From Clostridia bacterium (GTDB lineage Bacteria > Bacillota > Clostridia > TANB77 > CAG-508): a DNA stretch of 59,233 nt. Location of the stretch: contig JAAWDU010000016.1 of assembly GCA_022793905.1 (NCBI GenBank), forward strand, positions 1 to 59,233, read 5' to 3'. Under the pieces are notes generated by a model. The model was not told the origin of the DNA. It saw only the letters and a list, made by a program, of their open reading frames with translations, and searched no databases. Below are positions 23,129-35,015 of this stretch, in pieces (position 1 is the stretch's first letter; every line of letters begins with the position of its first letter). The translations under genes were made by a program, and so were the position numbers.

Positions 23129-26100
23129 TTATTCTAAAATAATCTCGAACTCATCTTTGCTATAATCAACTCTAAATCTCTTAGTTACTCCTCTATGTGT
23201 AACTTCAATTAGTTCTCCGTCTAGCTTTTTAGCAATTTTCTTATTAAGAACAATCTTAACTTTATTCAAGTATGTAGCTTCTTCTAAGAATTCATCTAAG
23301 TCAATATACATCTTTCTTCTTGATAGTCTCTTAGATCCACCAAGTTCGAATTCTCCATTTTCTTCAACATAAATCTTTGTATTACGTCTTAGAGCAAACA
23401 ATATCGCTAGAAGTATACTTCCCGTTAGTAATGATATATAAGCTACTATTAATCCATTGTCTTGTTTTTTATCTTTTACACCAAGTGTTTCTTGAGGTCT
23501 ATCTTGTACTGGTGTTGGTGTAGGCGTTGGTTTTTCTGTAGGTACTGGTGTAGGTGTTGGCTCTGTTTCTTCTATAACTGGTCTTTCTGGCCATTCTACG
23601 ATTGGTAATTTATTTGTAGGTTTTTGTGTTGGTGTAGGTGTTGGCACTGGTGTTGGTACCGGTGTTGGCTCTGGTGGCTCCTCTTTTGGTCTTTCTTCCA
23701 CAATTACAATAAATTTAAACTCATAACCTTCAAATTTCACTGTAATTACTTGCGCACCTGGTTCTTCTGCGTTGTATCCAGAAATCATATTTTCAGCTAC
23801 TGGAAGATCCATTTCTCCACTAAGCATTGTAATTTTTAGCATAGCACCTGTCAAATCAAGTTCTTCACCATAAGCATATCTTATCTTATCTGGTTCACTC
23901 ACAAGTTCAATATTTATAATCTCATCCATTACAATAATATCAAATGTGCCTTTTAATCCTTTGTATTCAACATATATAATTTGTTCACCTAGTTGCTCTT
24001 TATCATATCCAGAAATCATATCTTCTGTTAAATCTACAGTCTCATCAATTGCTCCACTCTTCATCACAACTTGAACAACTCCACCTGTCAAATCTAATTC
24101 CTCGCCATACTTAAATGTTGTTTTATTTGGAATTACATTAAGTTTACTTACTGCATCTTTTACTTCAATTTCATATTCTCCTAGATAAGTTCCATTGTAG
24201 CTAATAGTTAAAATTTGTTTTCCAACTTCTGTTGGTTTATATCCAGATACCATATCTGGTGTAATGTCTTTAAATACGCTATCTCCACTTGCTTTTATTA
24301 GTTCTATTTGTCCTCCTGTTAAATCTAATGGTTCACCATATTCATATTCAACAGTTGTAGGATATGTTACTAATCTTACATCATTTAGTTCATCTTGTAC
24401 TCTAACTGTAAAGTTTCCTTGTTTTCCTTCATGAAGAATATTCAATGTATAAGTTCCTTCTTTGGTTTCATCAAAGCTTGAAAGGTTTGTAATCATATCA
24501 GGTGTAATAGGGACTGGGGTATCCTTCTTACCACTTGCATATACTACTGTTACAGTTGCTCCTGTAAGATCTAAGCTCTCTCCTATTGCATATGTTGATT
24601 TTGATGGTCCTTTTACTTCTATTCCTGTAATGGTATCTTCAACAGTTATATCATATGTTAATTCTTTGCCCATGTAAGTTACTTTTAATTTTCTTGGAGT
24701 TGTATTTGTGCTGTCAAATGGGCTTCCATCTAACTCTGTAACCATACTAGCTGTTAAGTTTACATTGCTTGTTCCACTTGATTTAGTTACACTAATTACA
24801 CCACCTGCCACACTTAAGCTTTCGCCATATTTGTAGCTTGTTTTTGGTTTAGTTACCCAAGCAATACTTTGTACTTGGTCTTCGATGTTTACTTGATATT
24901 GAGTATTCTTTGTTACATTATTTTCTTTAAATGCTACATTTATTGTCTTAGTAACACCTGCTAGGCTTGAATCAAATCCTGTAACTGTTACTCTAGGGTC
25001 AGTAAGCTGCACAGTTTCTGATGCACCATACATTCTTGTTACTGTAATTGTGCCTCCTGCAAGGCTTTCAGGTTCTCCTACTTGGTAATCCTGCTTTGGA
25101 TAATCCTTCATAGTAATTCCTGTTACCTCATTAACAATTGTTATTGGGTAATCTATTTCAAAATCTTTGCCTTCTGGCGATGTGTATTTTATTTTTAATA
25201 CTTTATCAACTTTTTGTGTACTTCCATAATTTGTAGGACTCATATTTACAGCCCCACCACCTACTTCTTTTACCATATCTGGGGTAATTGGTAATGGTAC
25301 ACTTGCTGTTGTTCCATCACTATATGTTAGCTCTATTTTACCGTCTGATAAGTCTAAACTTTCTCCATGTTTATATCTATCTTTTGTAGGTACTGTTATT
25401 GTAGCTTTTGCTACTTGTTTAGAAAGTGTTACTTCTAAACTTCCTGGTATATCACTTCCATTTGTGTAGCTATTAGGGTCATTATCTTCATAGATAACTG
25501 TGTAATTTTGTGTTCCTTCATTATTTGAATTATATCCTTGTACCATATCTGCAGTTAATGGTCCCTTTGCTACTGCTCCCGCTTTAGCATAATTTACTGT
25601 GTAAGTAATATTATTATCACTTATTAATTGTACTATTGTTTTTCCTGTTGCACCTGTTACACTTGGAGGTGTAATTGTGATACTATCAACATAGTCTTTT
25701 ACTGTTATTCCTGGTACTTGAATTGTTTTTCCATCATATGTTATTGTTAAAGTTTGTGGATTTCTAGATATATCTGTTTTGTCATATCCAGAAACCATAT
25801 TTGATGTTATTGCTATAGTATCTGGTCCACTTCCTTTAGTTACAGTAATACTTGCACCTACTAAGTCTAATTCTTCATTGTATTTGTAATTTTTCTTAGG
25901 GAATACTACACTATCAATACTAATTATGCTATCTTCAACATTTACTTTATATGTAGCTGTCTCTGTAACACCATTTTCTGTATATGTTATTGTAACTGTT
26001 TGCTCTCCTAATTTTCCTTTTACAAATCCTGATACCATACTATCTGTAACATTAATTACCTCAGGTGTTCCTCCTGCTTGTCTTGCTATACTTATCTTTA

Positions 26101-29100
26101 ATCCTGCTAAATCTAAGTTTTCATTAGCATTATATTTTACTTTATAGTCTGTTCCTGGTATTCCTACTGTTGTAATTCCTTCTAGTCCATTTACTATAGT
26201 TATATTCCAGTCTTCCTTATATTTTTTTCCACCTTCTGTGTAAATATATTTAACTGGTTTTGTTAGTTTTTGTGTAGTGCTATCAAATTCACTTGCTGAC
26301 GGTCTCATATTTAATAATGTAGTTTCATCTTGCTCATATAACTTAAGTTTACTTAAATCTCCTGGAGCTGTTGTTGTATCTGCATATGTTAATAATACTG
26401 TCGCACTATTTGGAGTTTCTCCCCAATTGTATTCATTCTTTGCAGGTGGAGTTATTTTTACTCCTACAATCTCATTTGATAATGTTACTTTAAAGTCTTT
26501 ATTTATATCATCTCCTTCTGTAAAGCTGTTTGTATCATTATCTCTATATCTTGCAGTTAAAGTCTGGATTGCAAGCATATCATTATATCCTGTAACCATT
26601 GTGCTTGCATCTAGCTTTTTAGCTGTTTGGTTACCCTTTTTAGCATAATGTACTGTATATGTTACATTTAGTCTGTCGATAATATCTTGTAATGCTTCTC
26701 CCATTGTACCAGTTAATTCTGTAGTACTTAAATCAATTCTATCAACATAGTCTTTTACTGTAATTCCTGTTACTGTGGCTGTTTGTCCTCCATAGTTTAT
26801 TGTAATATTACGTGGATTTGTATCTGTGTCTGTATTATCAAAATCTGGTATCATTCCAGCTGTGATATTTACTGTTTCATCTCCACTTCCCTTTTCAACT
26901 ACCATTTGTGCTCCTGTTAAGTTTAGCTCATCTTTATATTTATATTCTTTGTGAGGGAATGTTACACTTTTAATACTCTTTACACTATCTGTAATAGAAA
27001 TAACATAAGTATCAGTTTTTGTTATTCCATTTTCTGTATATGATACTGTAAGTGTTTTTGCTGGGTCTTCTTGGTTTACATTTGTGAAACCAGTTACCAT
27101 ATCAGGTGTAACTTGGTAGTTTGCAGTTGGGGTTCCGCACTGCCCTTGTTATACTGATTTTTAATTTACTTACATCTAATGTATCATTTACATTATATGC
27201 TATTTTATGGTCTGTACTTGTTATAGCAATTCCTTGTATATCATTTATTACAGTAATTGGATAATCAACTGTTCCTTTTTTTCCACTTGCTGTATCTGTG
27301 TAACTTACTTTTAGTGTTTTTGCTTTTGTATAGTCTGCTCCAAAATCGCCTGCTGGAACTTTTGTTAAATCTGTAGTTGTTGTTCCATCTGCTTCTGTTA
27401 CAACAGCTTGTGTTATTGAAACAGGTGATGTTGAGCCGTCTTTATAGTGTAAAGTTATTGTTCCTCCTGCTAAGTCAATTGGGTCATTGTAATTGTATGT
27501 TGTCTTATTTGGTTTTGTTACAGTAATACTATCTAGTGAGTTCTCAAGTGTTACTGTAAATGTATCTGTAAATGTTTTTCCGTTTGTTGCACTGTTTGTA
27601 TCAGTATCTGTCCAGCTTACTGTTGGGGTTTGAGCTGTAGTTACTGTTTTATCATATCCTGCTGTTACCATACTTGCTGTTATACTTTGAGCTATGCTAT
27701 CTGTTCCTGGTTTTGCACGGTTTATTGTATATGTTAAGCTATTTTTTGTTATAATATCCCCTATTTCATCATTATAGTCTCCTGTTGCTGTTTTTGGGCT
27801 AACTGTAATTCCTGTTACATAGTTTCTTACATTTACTTCAAGTAAGTCATTTCTTGAAAGTCCTAGGTATGAAACTGTTAGTTCTTGTGGGTTACTTGAT
27901 ATGTCTGTTTTGTCATATCCTGTTATGCTTACTCCTGCTGTATTAAGTGGAATTGTTTTTTGTCCACTTCCCATTGTTATTGTAAGTGTTGCTCCTGTGT
28001 AGTCTAATTCTTCATTATATTTATATTCCTTCTTTGGCATATTTACACTATCTATGCTCTTTATTTGGTCCGCAATTGTTACTGTATATGTTGTCTTTTT
28101 TGTAACTCCATTTTCTGTAAATGCTATTGTTATAGGGAAGCTTCCCGCTGTGTTTGAATCCCATGTAGTTTCAATCATTTCTGGTACTACTGTTATTGAT
28201 GGTGTTATATCCCCTGATAACCTTGTTGCACTTATTGTTAGATTTGTTAAATCTAATGGGTCGTTTATATTATATGCTGTTTTATGTGTTGTACTTGTTA
28301 CTGTGATTCCATCAAGTTCATCTATTATTTCAATTGGATAGTCTACATTTCCTGTTTTTCCACTATCAGAGTAGCTTATTTTTAGCGTTTTTGATAATTT
28401 ATGTGTTGCACTATCATATTCAGTGCTTGCTGGGCTCATATTTACTGCTGAACCATTAGCTTCTTTTATCATACTTGTTTGCATTGCTACTGAACTTGTT
28501 GAATTATCTGCATAATGTAATGTTATAGTTCCTCCTACTAAATCTAAATTTTCTCCATGTTTGTAACTTGTTTTTGTTGGCGGTGTTATTGTAATACTAT
28601 TTATATTGTTTACTACTTCTATTTCAAATGTTTTTGTGAATGTGTCTCCATTTATTTTTGTTGTTCCATCTGCTAATGTATATTCAGGTGTATGTGTTAC
28701 TGTTAAAGTCTTTGTTCCTGCTGTTGATGTTACTCCTGTATTTGGAGTTATCATATTAGAAGTTAAAGGAATATTGGTTATTGCTCCTCTTTTCCATGTT
28801 AATTTTAAGCTTCCTCCTGCCAAATCTAATGGTTCATTTAAATCATATTCACTTTTAGTTGGTGCTATTAATTCTGTTTTTGTAACATAATCATACCATT
28901 CTACATTAATTGTTTCTGGTGCTGTTTTTCCAAATGCTGTTACTGTTAATTGTTGCTGTGAGCCTACTAAATTAACATTATGTGTAGAAAGTGTAACAGT
29001 TCCATCTGGTAAATTAATATTAGATTTTGTCCCACTTTCAAGTGTAACTTCTACAACTGCTCCAATTAAATTTAAAGCTTCTCCTGCTTTATATACCTTT

Positions 29101-30375
29101 TTAGTTGGCTGACTTGCTACTCTTATACTACTAACCTTATCATTTACTATTATTGTTTGTGTTGCTGTTTTTCCTTCATATGTAAAAGTTATTACTTGTG
29201 TACCTCTTTTTTCTACATCTGATGATGGGCTACTTTGAGTAAATGCTGGCGAATTAATATCTGCCTTTGTTTCACTTGTTGTAACACCAGGACTTGTTTG
29301 TGTAAGAGGTATTTTTGCTCCACTCTTTTTACTTGCTTCTAATGTTAATCCTGCAAAATTTAAAGAAGTATCATGATTGTATTCTGTAACAGTCATTGGG
29401 GTTTTGACTGCCAATCCTACAATTGGGTCATTTATTGTAATAGGGAAAGAAGGAGTTTTTCCTTTGTAGCTTAAGGTTACAGTTGTTTTGTTTACATTTG
29501 CTGGATTCCCAGATACTATTGAAACTGCTGAATCTTTCATACTTACAGTTTCTGAGCTTCCATCTGTATATGTAACTAACAGTTCTCCACCTGTTAAGTC
29601 GATTTCTTCTCCATGCTCATATGTAGTTTTTGTAGGATCTTTCTTTACTGTCACTGTATCTATTTGCTTTTCTGCTTCAGCAAAGCCTTTTCCTCTTAAA
29701 GCTGCAATATCTTTACTAAGCTCTTCTCCTGCTGAACCTTTCCAAGCTATTTTCGCACCTGTTGGGTAAGATGGTAATAAAGGTGAAAAATTAAATATAT
29801 CTAGTGGGATATTATCTTCTACCAAACTATCATCTAATATTTTAAAATATAATTTAATTATTGGTAAATATCCGATTTTCCCCTTCACCCGCATCGTCAA
29901 AATCTGGATCACCCATTCCACCTGGGATGTAACCATTTTCCATTACATCAAATCCACCTGCAAAAACTACTTGAAATGTATATACACCTGTTGTTGCATC
30001 ATATTTCTTAATATAAAAGTTACCTGTACAATAATCACTTTGTGCAGTTATAAGGTTTATTGAATTCATTGGTGCTCCAGTATTCTTATTACATGGTTTA
30101 AGTTTGTTTGTATCCACTTTAATCATAAGATCTAGACCATTTATAACTTCTTCTGTACCAATTCCAAGTTGTACTGTAAGCATTCTATTGGCACCTTTTT
30201 GTGTGATTCCTAAATTACTAAGAATAAATGGATTTTCTTCAATTGTCCCTGTCGCCGCTTCTACTGTATTCTTAAACAGTATGCTATATGGTGCAAACAA
30301 ATTAATTATTAATATAAATACTGTTAAAAGCGCTATTCTCTTTTTCCCTTTCATTTGTTTTTCTCCTTTACTCAT
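23129..30375 (-). CDS. Membrane-anchored Ig-like (Big_3) repeat protein (about 2414 aa) with N-terminal cohesin-like domain; CGG +1 sites at 29874 and 27137
   Basis: Three ORFs join (AAT-C-GGA-TAT; GTG-C-GGA-ACC); 7247-2=2415 codons. Many PxKxxYxxGExLDLxG repeats, a PT-rich linker, a C-terminal TM and a short tail. Confidence 0.85.
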
Positions 30376-32080
30376 ATTTCTCTATACTAATATATTCATT
30401 TCTGTGGTTAACTGCTGAAATTACATCCTCCAAAGCTATAAATCCTTTTTGTCCCAAGTCATAACATATATCATAAGTGTCATCTCCTTCTGCAACTCCT
30501 CTTCTATTTACAATTGAGACAACATCATCTAAGTCTATCATTTGACTTCTATTAACATCACCTTCAACTAAAACTTTATTTCCAATATTTATTTCATCAT
30601 TTTCATTTATTTCAATTTCAGTTACTACATTTGCTAAGAAGCCTAATCTTTCTAACAATAAATCATATTTTCCTGGAATTACATATATTGTATATTCTCC
30701 ATTTACTTCTTCACTTTCTACTTGTACTTGATAGTCTATTTGGTCAAGTTCTTCCATAGTTGTTTCCTTCGTAATCAATCCGTTCCAGTTAAATTCTCCT
30801 GTATTATATATTGTTGCATTTGCAATATATTTTACTATATGCCCATAAGACCCTTGCATTGATTCTCTTAAATTCGCTCCAAGTTGTATGCTTCCTTTTA
30901 TTGTTCCATATGGTCTATGTATTGTAACTACATATTCATTTGTTGTTTTTCCATCCTCTGCTGTTACTGTTATTGTAATTACTGTATCTTGCTTTCCTAG
31001 TTCATTTAAAACTACATTCACTTTTGTATCATCTAATAATTCTTTTTCTTCATAACTAATTGTAGTTCCATCGTCTTCATATACTAATTCTCCATTTTCT
31101 GCATTTCTTTTTGGTACTTTTATTTTCATTTTTGATTTTGAATCACTTAATTTTGCTTTTATATCTATGTCATCAATATATTCTAGCAGTGTTACTGTAT
31201 ATTCTTTTGTTTCTTTATCAAAACTTGGAGTTAAATCATATTCTTTATATATTGGTGTACTTGGTTCTTCTTCATTTTCTATTTCTTTACTTACTGTTAT
31301 TCCTGTTAAGTATGCATCTTTTGATGAAGTCTGACTTGTAAACCTAAATCTAAAGCTTTCTTTCAATGTATTCGTTTCATTTCCATCTACATTTATCTCA
31401 ATACCATTTTCTGGTACATAATCATCATCATCTGTTCTATCTGCTTCTCTTTTGACTAAACTAAACCATGAAGCGTCGAATTCTTCCTCTGTCATCTGAA
31501 AACTCATTTTTCCAAGTTTTACTCCTCCGCTTCCTAAAACTGTCCATTGCCCATCGCCTTTATCTACTATATGTGTACTTTGTGATGTTGCTGGTGGAAA
31601 AAATGAAACTATCATTCTTACTATATTTTCTTTATCTGGTATTACAAATGCATCAAGTGGTCCTTCTATATCTGGATTGTAAAATTCATCTTCCCATTTG
31701 AAGTATTCTAATATATTACTTAGGTCTGTCACTTCTACATTTGTATCTATATTAGAAGGTTTTACTTTTGTATTATCATATGTAAATCTTAAATCAAACC
31801 CTTGAAAATCAACATCATTTGCCCACAATTCCATTATTACTTGCTTATTTTGTCCTTCTACTTCTTTTACTTCTGTTGCTCTCAACTCTAAAAATTTGTC
31901 TTCTTCTTTAATAGTAGAATCAGTTTTTTCTTCTACCTCTGCTTCTGCTATTCTTATAGCTTTTGCAAGAATTGGCAAGTTAATTGTTGCAATTGATATT
32001 GTATTAATTAACAGTGAAATTATGAAGCAACTAACTAATGTTATTGCTTTTTTACTTTTTCTTATGTTCTTTATTTTCAC
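30368..32080 (-). CDS. Secreted cohesin-like, cadherin-like beta-sandwich and dockerin protein
   Basis: Signal peptide, GFDLRFTYD (cohesin-like), ITVTAEDGKTTNEY (cadherin-like), GDVNRSQMIDLDD/YDLGQKGFIALED (dockerin-like). Confidence 0.75.
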   Translation of the reverse strand: MKIKNIRKSKKAITLVSCFIISLLINTISIATINLPILAKAIRIAEAEVEEKTDSTIKEEDKFLELRATEVKEVEGQNKQVIMELWANDVDFQGFDLRFTYDNTKVKPSNIDTNVEVTDLSNILEYFKWEDEFYNPDIEGPLDAFVIPDKENIVRMIVSFFPPATSQSTHIVDKGDGQWTVLGSGGVKLGKMSFQMTEEEFDASWFSLVKREADRTDDDDYVPENGIEINVDGNETNTLKESFRFRFTSQTSSKDAYLTGITVSKEIENEEEPSTPIYKEYDLTPSFDKETKEYTVTLLEYIDDIDIKAKLSDSKSKMKIKVPKRNAENGELVYEDDGTTISYEEKELLDDTKVNVVLNELGKQDTVITITVTAEDGKTTNEYVVTIHRPYGTIKGSIQLGANLRESMQGSYGHIVKYIANATIYNTGEFNWNGLITKETTMEELDQIDYQVQVESEEVNGEYTIYVIPGKYDLLLERLGFLANVVTEIEINENDEINIGNKVLVEGDVNRSQMIDLDDVVSIVNRRGVAEGDDTYDICYDLGQKGFIALEDVISAVNHRNEYISIEKYE

Positions 32081-32327
32081 TTTACCTATTTTGCACTCCT
32101 ATTCTTAGTTTTACATCTTAACATTTATTATATGTATTTTTTCGAAAGTGTCAATTGCTGTTCTTTTAAGTCGATTTTTTATGTATTTACGGATTTTCAA
32201 GGTTATATTAACATTTTTAGAAATATTAAATTTTCGTGACATTTTTGTTACATCAATCATAAAAGCCTTGATATATCAAGGCTTCATATCTTATTTTCTT
32301 TTATTCCCTAAGCTTTGTCAGCTTGTA

Positions 32328-32368
32328 AAATGCGAGAGAAACTAAAAATAGTCTCTCCCGCATTTTTT
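32328..32368 (-). terminator. Intrinsic terminator
   Basis: AAAATGCGAGAGA...TCTCCCGCATTTT imperfect hairpin directly after the L,D-transpeptidase stop. Confidence 0.65.
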
Positions 32369-32375
32369 GCTTGGA

Positions 32376-33773
32376 TTAATGGACGATTATAGGCATATCG
32401 TATGTCAGGTTCTCATAGAAAAGCTTTGCTGTTTCGTATTGCAAATTTATGCACCCATGTGAGCCACGTGTCAAATACGTATCTGGCACGAAGTCACTTG
32501 CAGGACGCCATCCTGCATCATGAAATCCGATTCCGTCTTCTGTGAATTGCATCCAAAAATCTGAATGCCCTCCATATTTCTCGAAGGTCTTATCTGTTTT
32601 CCTAAGGAACATATAATATACGCCTTTAGGTGTTTCCCGTGTAGTATTTGCTGTTCCTGTGACGCATGGTTTTGCATTTACAATAGTTTTTCCATCTACA
32701 TAGAGATAAACCACTTGGTTTTTAAGGTCTACCTCTGCCCAACTTGTGAACTCTTCAAAAGAGTTAAACTTTGCATAAATAGGCCTTCTTGTAATCTCTT
32801 CACCTTTCAGTAAAGTAACAACTGCTTCTGCTTTTTCAGCTTCTATATCCACTTTATCTCTATCTCTTAGTGGAACAGGAAGCATTGTTGCATTTCCATC
32901 TCTATCTGTGAATTCCATTTCGCTTCCTAAGCTTTGAACCTTTTCATTTAAGCCATTCAAGAAATCCGAAATGTGTTCTTCAATAGAAATGCTGTATTTC
33001 CCGCTTTCACTCTGTGTTATCCAAGTTTTTAACACCTCATGTCCAAGTGTATAAGTAGAACCATCTCTCAGAGTATATTCTATCTTAGCTCCTAAGATTT
33101 TGTTAAGTCTTTCTACTTCTTCGAGTAGTTCCTTGGATTCAGAAGTGATTTCAGGTTCTACATGACTGGATTCTGTGAAATCAATATCATCTATGCCTAT
33201 CTTTAGATTTGTTTGTGCAAAGTTCTTAGCTCCTTCAAACACGAGATAGTTTCCTTTGACTTCTGGTATGATTTCAAAGTAACCTTCTTTACTCAGATTG
33301 ATATAAGCATTTTGAGGCTCTTGTGTTACAGAAATTTCGCATTCTGTCATGCTGTTTATTAAGCATTCTTTCAAAACGCTTTCATCAACGGAAAAAGATT
33401 TATCAGTTAATGTAAATTCCAGTTCCTCTTCTCCCCCTTGTTCGTTCTGTTTCATGAGAAACTCTTCAAATTCGCAGGTGTCCGAAATGCTTCTGCCTGT
33501 TTCACTTGCTAAAACTGAAACTTCAGTTCCATCTGCGAAGTGAAATCTAACTGTGCATTCCTTTTCAATCTTTTCCTTTGCCTCCTCTACTGTAAGTTCA
33601 GAGCAGTTCATACCATGGATTATTGTGCCTTTGGCATAGTGTGTTTGTGAATAGTTTTGCCCCAGCATCATAACGCCGAGCATCACAAAACACCCAAATG
33701 CCGTTAAGCACCCTTTTAGTACTCCTTGTGTGGTTACTTTCCGTTTAACCATGTTTGCCATTACTCCTTTCAA
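32376..33773 (-). CDS. L,D-transpeptidase (YkuD domain) with PG-binding region; two in-frame CGG codons read as triplets
   Basis: N-terminal TM, CVTG...ETPKG, GIGFHDA, GSHGCINL. Likely start ATG 33761. In-frame CGG at 33743 and 32639. Confidence 0.9.
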   Translation of the reverse strand: MKGVMANMVKRKVTTQGVLKGCLTAFGCFVMLGVMMLGQNYSQTHYAKGTIIHGMNCSELTVEEAKEKIEKECTVRFHFADGTEVSVLASETGRSISDTCEFEEFLMKQNEQGGEEELEFTLTDKSFSVDESVLKECLINSMTECEISVTQEPQNAYINLSKEGYFEIIPEVKGNYLVFEGAKNFAQTNLKIGIDDIDFTESSHVEPEITSESKELLEEVERLNKILGAKIEYTLRDGSTYTLGHEVLKTWITQSESGKYSISIEEHISDFLNGLNEKVQSLGSEMEFTDRDGNATMLPVPLRDRDKVDIEAEKAEAVVTLLKGEEITRRPIYAKFNSFEEFTSWAEVDLKNQVVYLYVDGKTIVNAKPCVTGTANTTRETPKGVYYMFLRKTDKTFEKYGGHSDFWMQFTEDGIGFHDAGWRPASDFVPDTYLTRGSHGCINLQYETAKLFYENLTYDMPIIVH

Positions 33774-33878
33774 ATTTTGCTACAAGCAAATAAGCTAAGT
33801 AGCTTTTTTCAAATGACAACACTGTGGCTGTCACAGTATTAAATTATACTACAATTTACATAAAATGTAAATACCTTT

Positions 33879-34362
33879 TTACACTCTTGTAAATATATAA
33901 TTTAAACCTCCATTTGCAACTGCTGTTAATGCTAGCATTATCACACCTGCTGTAAATACTCCTAAAATTATTACTGGTACTGCTTTTTTTGCTGGCAAAT
34001 CAAGAAAGTTTGCAATTAAAGATCCCATCCAAGCTCCAGTTCCTGGAAGTGGAACTGCTACAAATAAATATACTCCAAGTAGTGTTGCTTTTTGAAGTTT
34101 AGTACTTTCTGAAATCTTCCTTGTTGCTTTTTCTGTCGCCCAATCTATAATTTTTTTTATAATTTTTATTTTTCCGAAGTAAATTAAAAATTGGTCTAAT
34201 GAACTTTACAATAAAATATACAGGAAGTATGTTTCCTATAAAACTTATTATAAATGCTTCAAAATATGAAAGGTGAAAACTAAGTACCCCTACTGGTATA
34301 GCTCCTCTCAACTCTATAATTGGTATCATACTTACTATAAAAGTAACTAAATATCCTATCAT
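33879..34362 (-). CDS. Small multidrug export family membrane protein (COG2426); CGG +1 site at 34176
   Basis: PIIELRGAIP N-terminus and FVAVPLPGTGAW after the skip; 484-1=161 codons. Confidence 0.9.
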
Positions 34363-34994
34363 TTCTTTATTCTCCTTTCTATTTCTTCCTTTTTTATAGG
34401 CCCCTCTCTTAAGATTTTTAATTCTTCTTTTTCAAACTTAATTATACTAGAAGGTTTAATCCCTCTCAAATTCCCTACACTAACAAAAAAATCGATTTTT
34501 TCGCTAAATTCCTTTTTTATCTCCTCTTCATTTTCCTCTTCTGGTTCTCCTGCTAAATTACAACTTGTTGCAACAATTGGATGTCCGAATATATTCTATA
34601 AGTTCTAATAAAAAGCTATTATCTGGCATTCTTATTCCTACTGTATCTAAACCGGCTGTTATAATATCTGAAATTTTTTTATTTTTTTCAAATATAATCG
34701 TTAAAGCACCGGGAAAAAACTCTTTTATAGCTTTTCTTTCCAAATAACTAATATTTCTTGTAACACTTTTTATCATATTTTCATTAGAAACTAATATATT
34801 TATAGGATTACTTCTTGGTCTTTTCTTTACATCATAAATTCTTTTTACTGCTTTTATATCTCTTGAATCAGCTACAATCCCATAAACAGTATCTGTAGGG
34901 AGAATTCCGAATTCTCCCATCTTCTCCGAATAATTTCTGCAATCTTTTTTATATCATTTTTTGAATAACTTTGTTTTATATTTATATATTCCAT
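34359..34994 (-). CDS. tsaC: L-threonylcarbamoyladenylate synthase (TsaC/Sua5/YrdC family); CGG +1 sites at 34928, 34909, 34587
   Basis: PTDTVYG, KKRPRSNP, PGALT, GIRMP, and GHPIVATSCNLAG plus LREG after the third skip; 636-3=211 codons. Confidence 0.9.
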
Positions 34995-35015
34995 TTTTCT
35001 TAATTCTTTCTAATT

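Noticed and set aside
23500-23690. GGTGTTGGT-type tandem repeats (also the EDNN repeats at about 3520-3650)
   Set aside because: These are low-complexity Pro-Thr and acidic linkers inside coding sequence.
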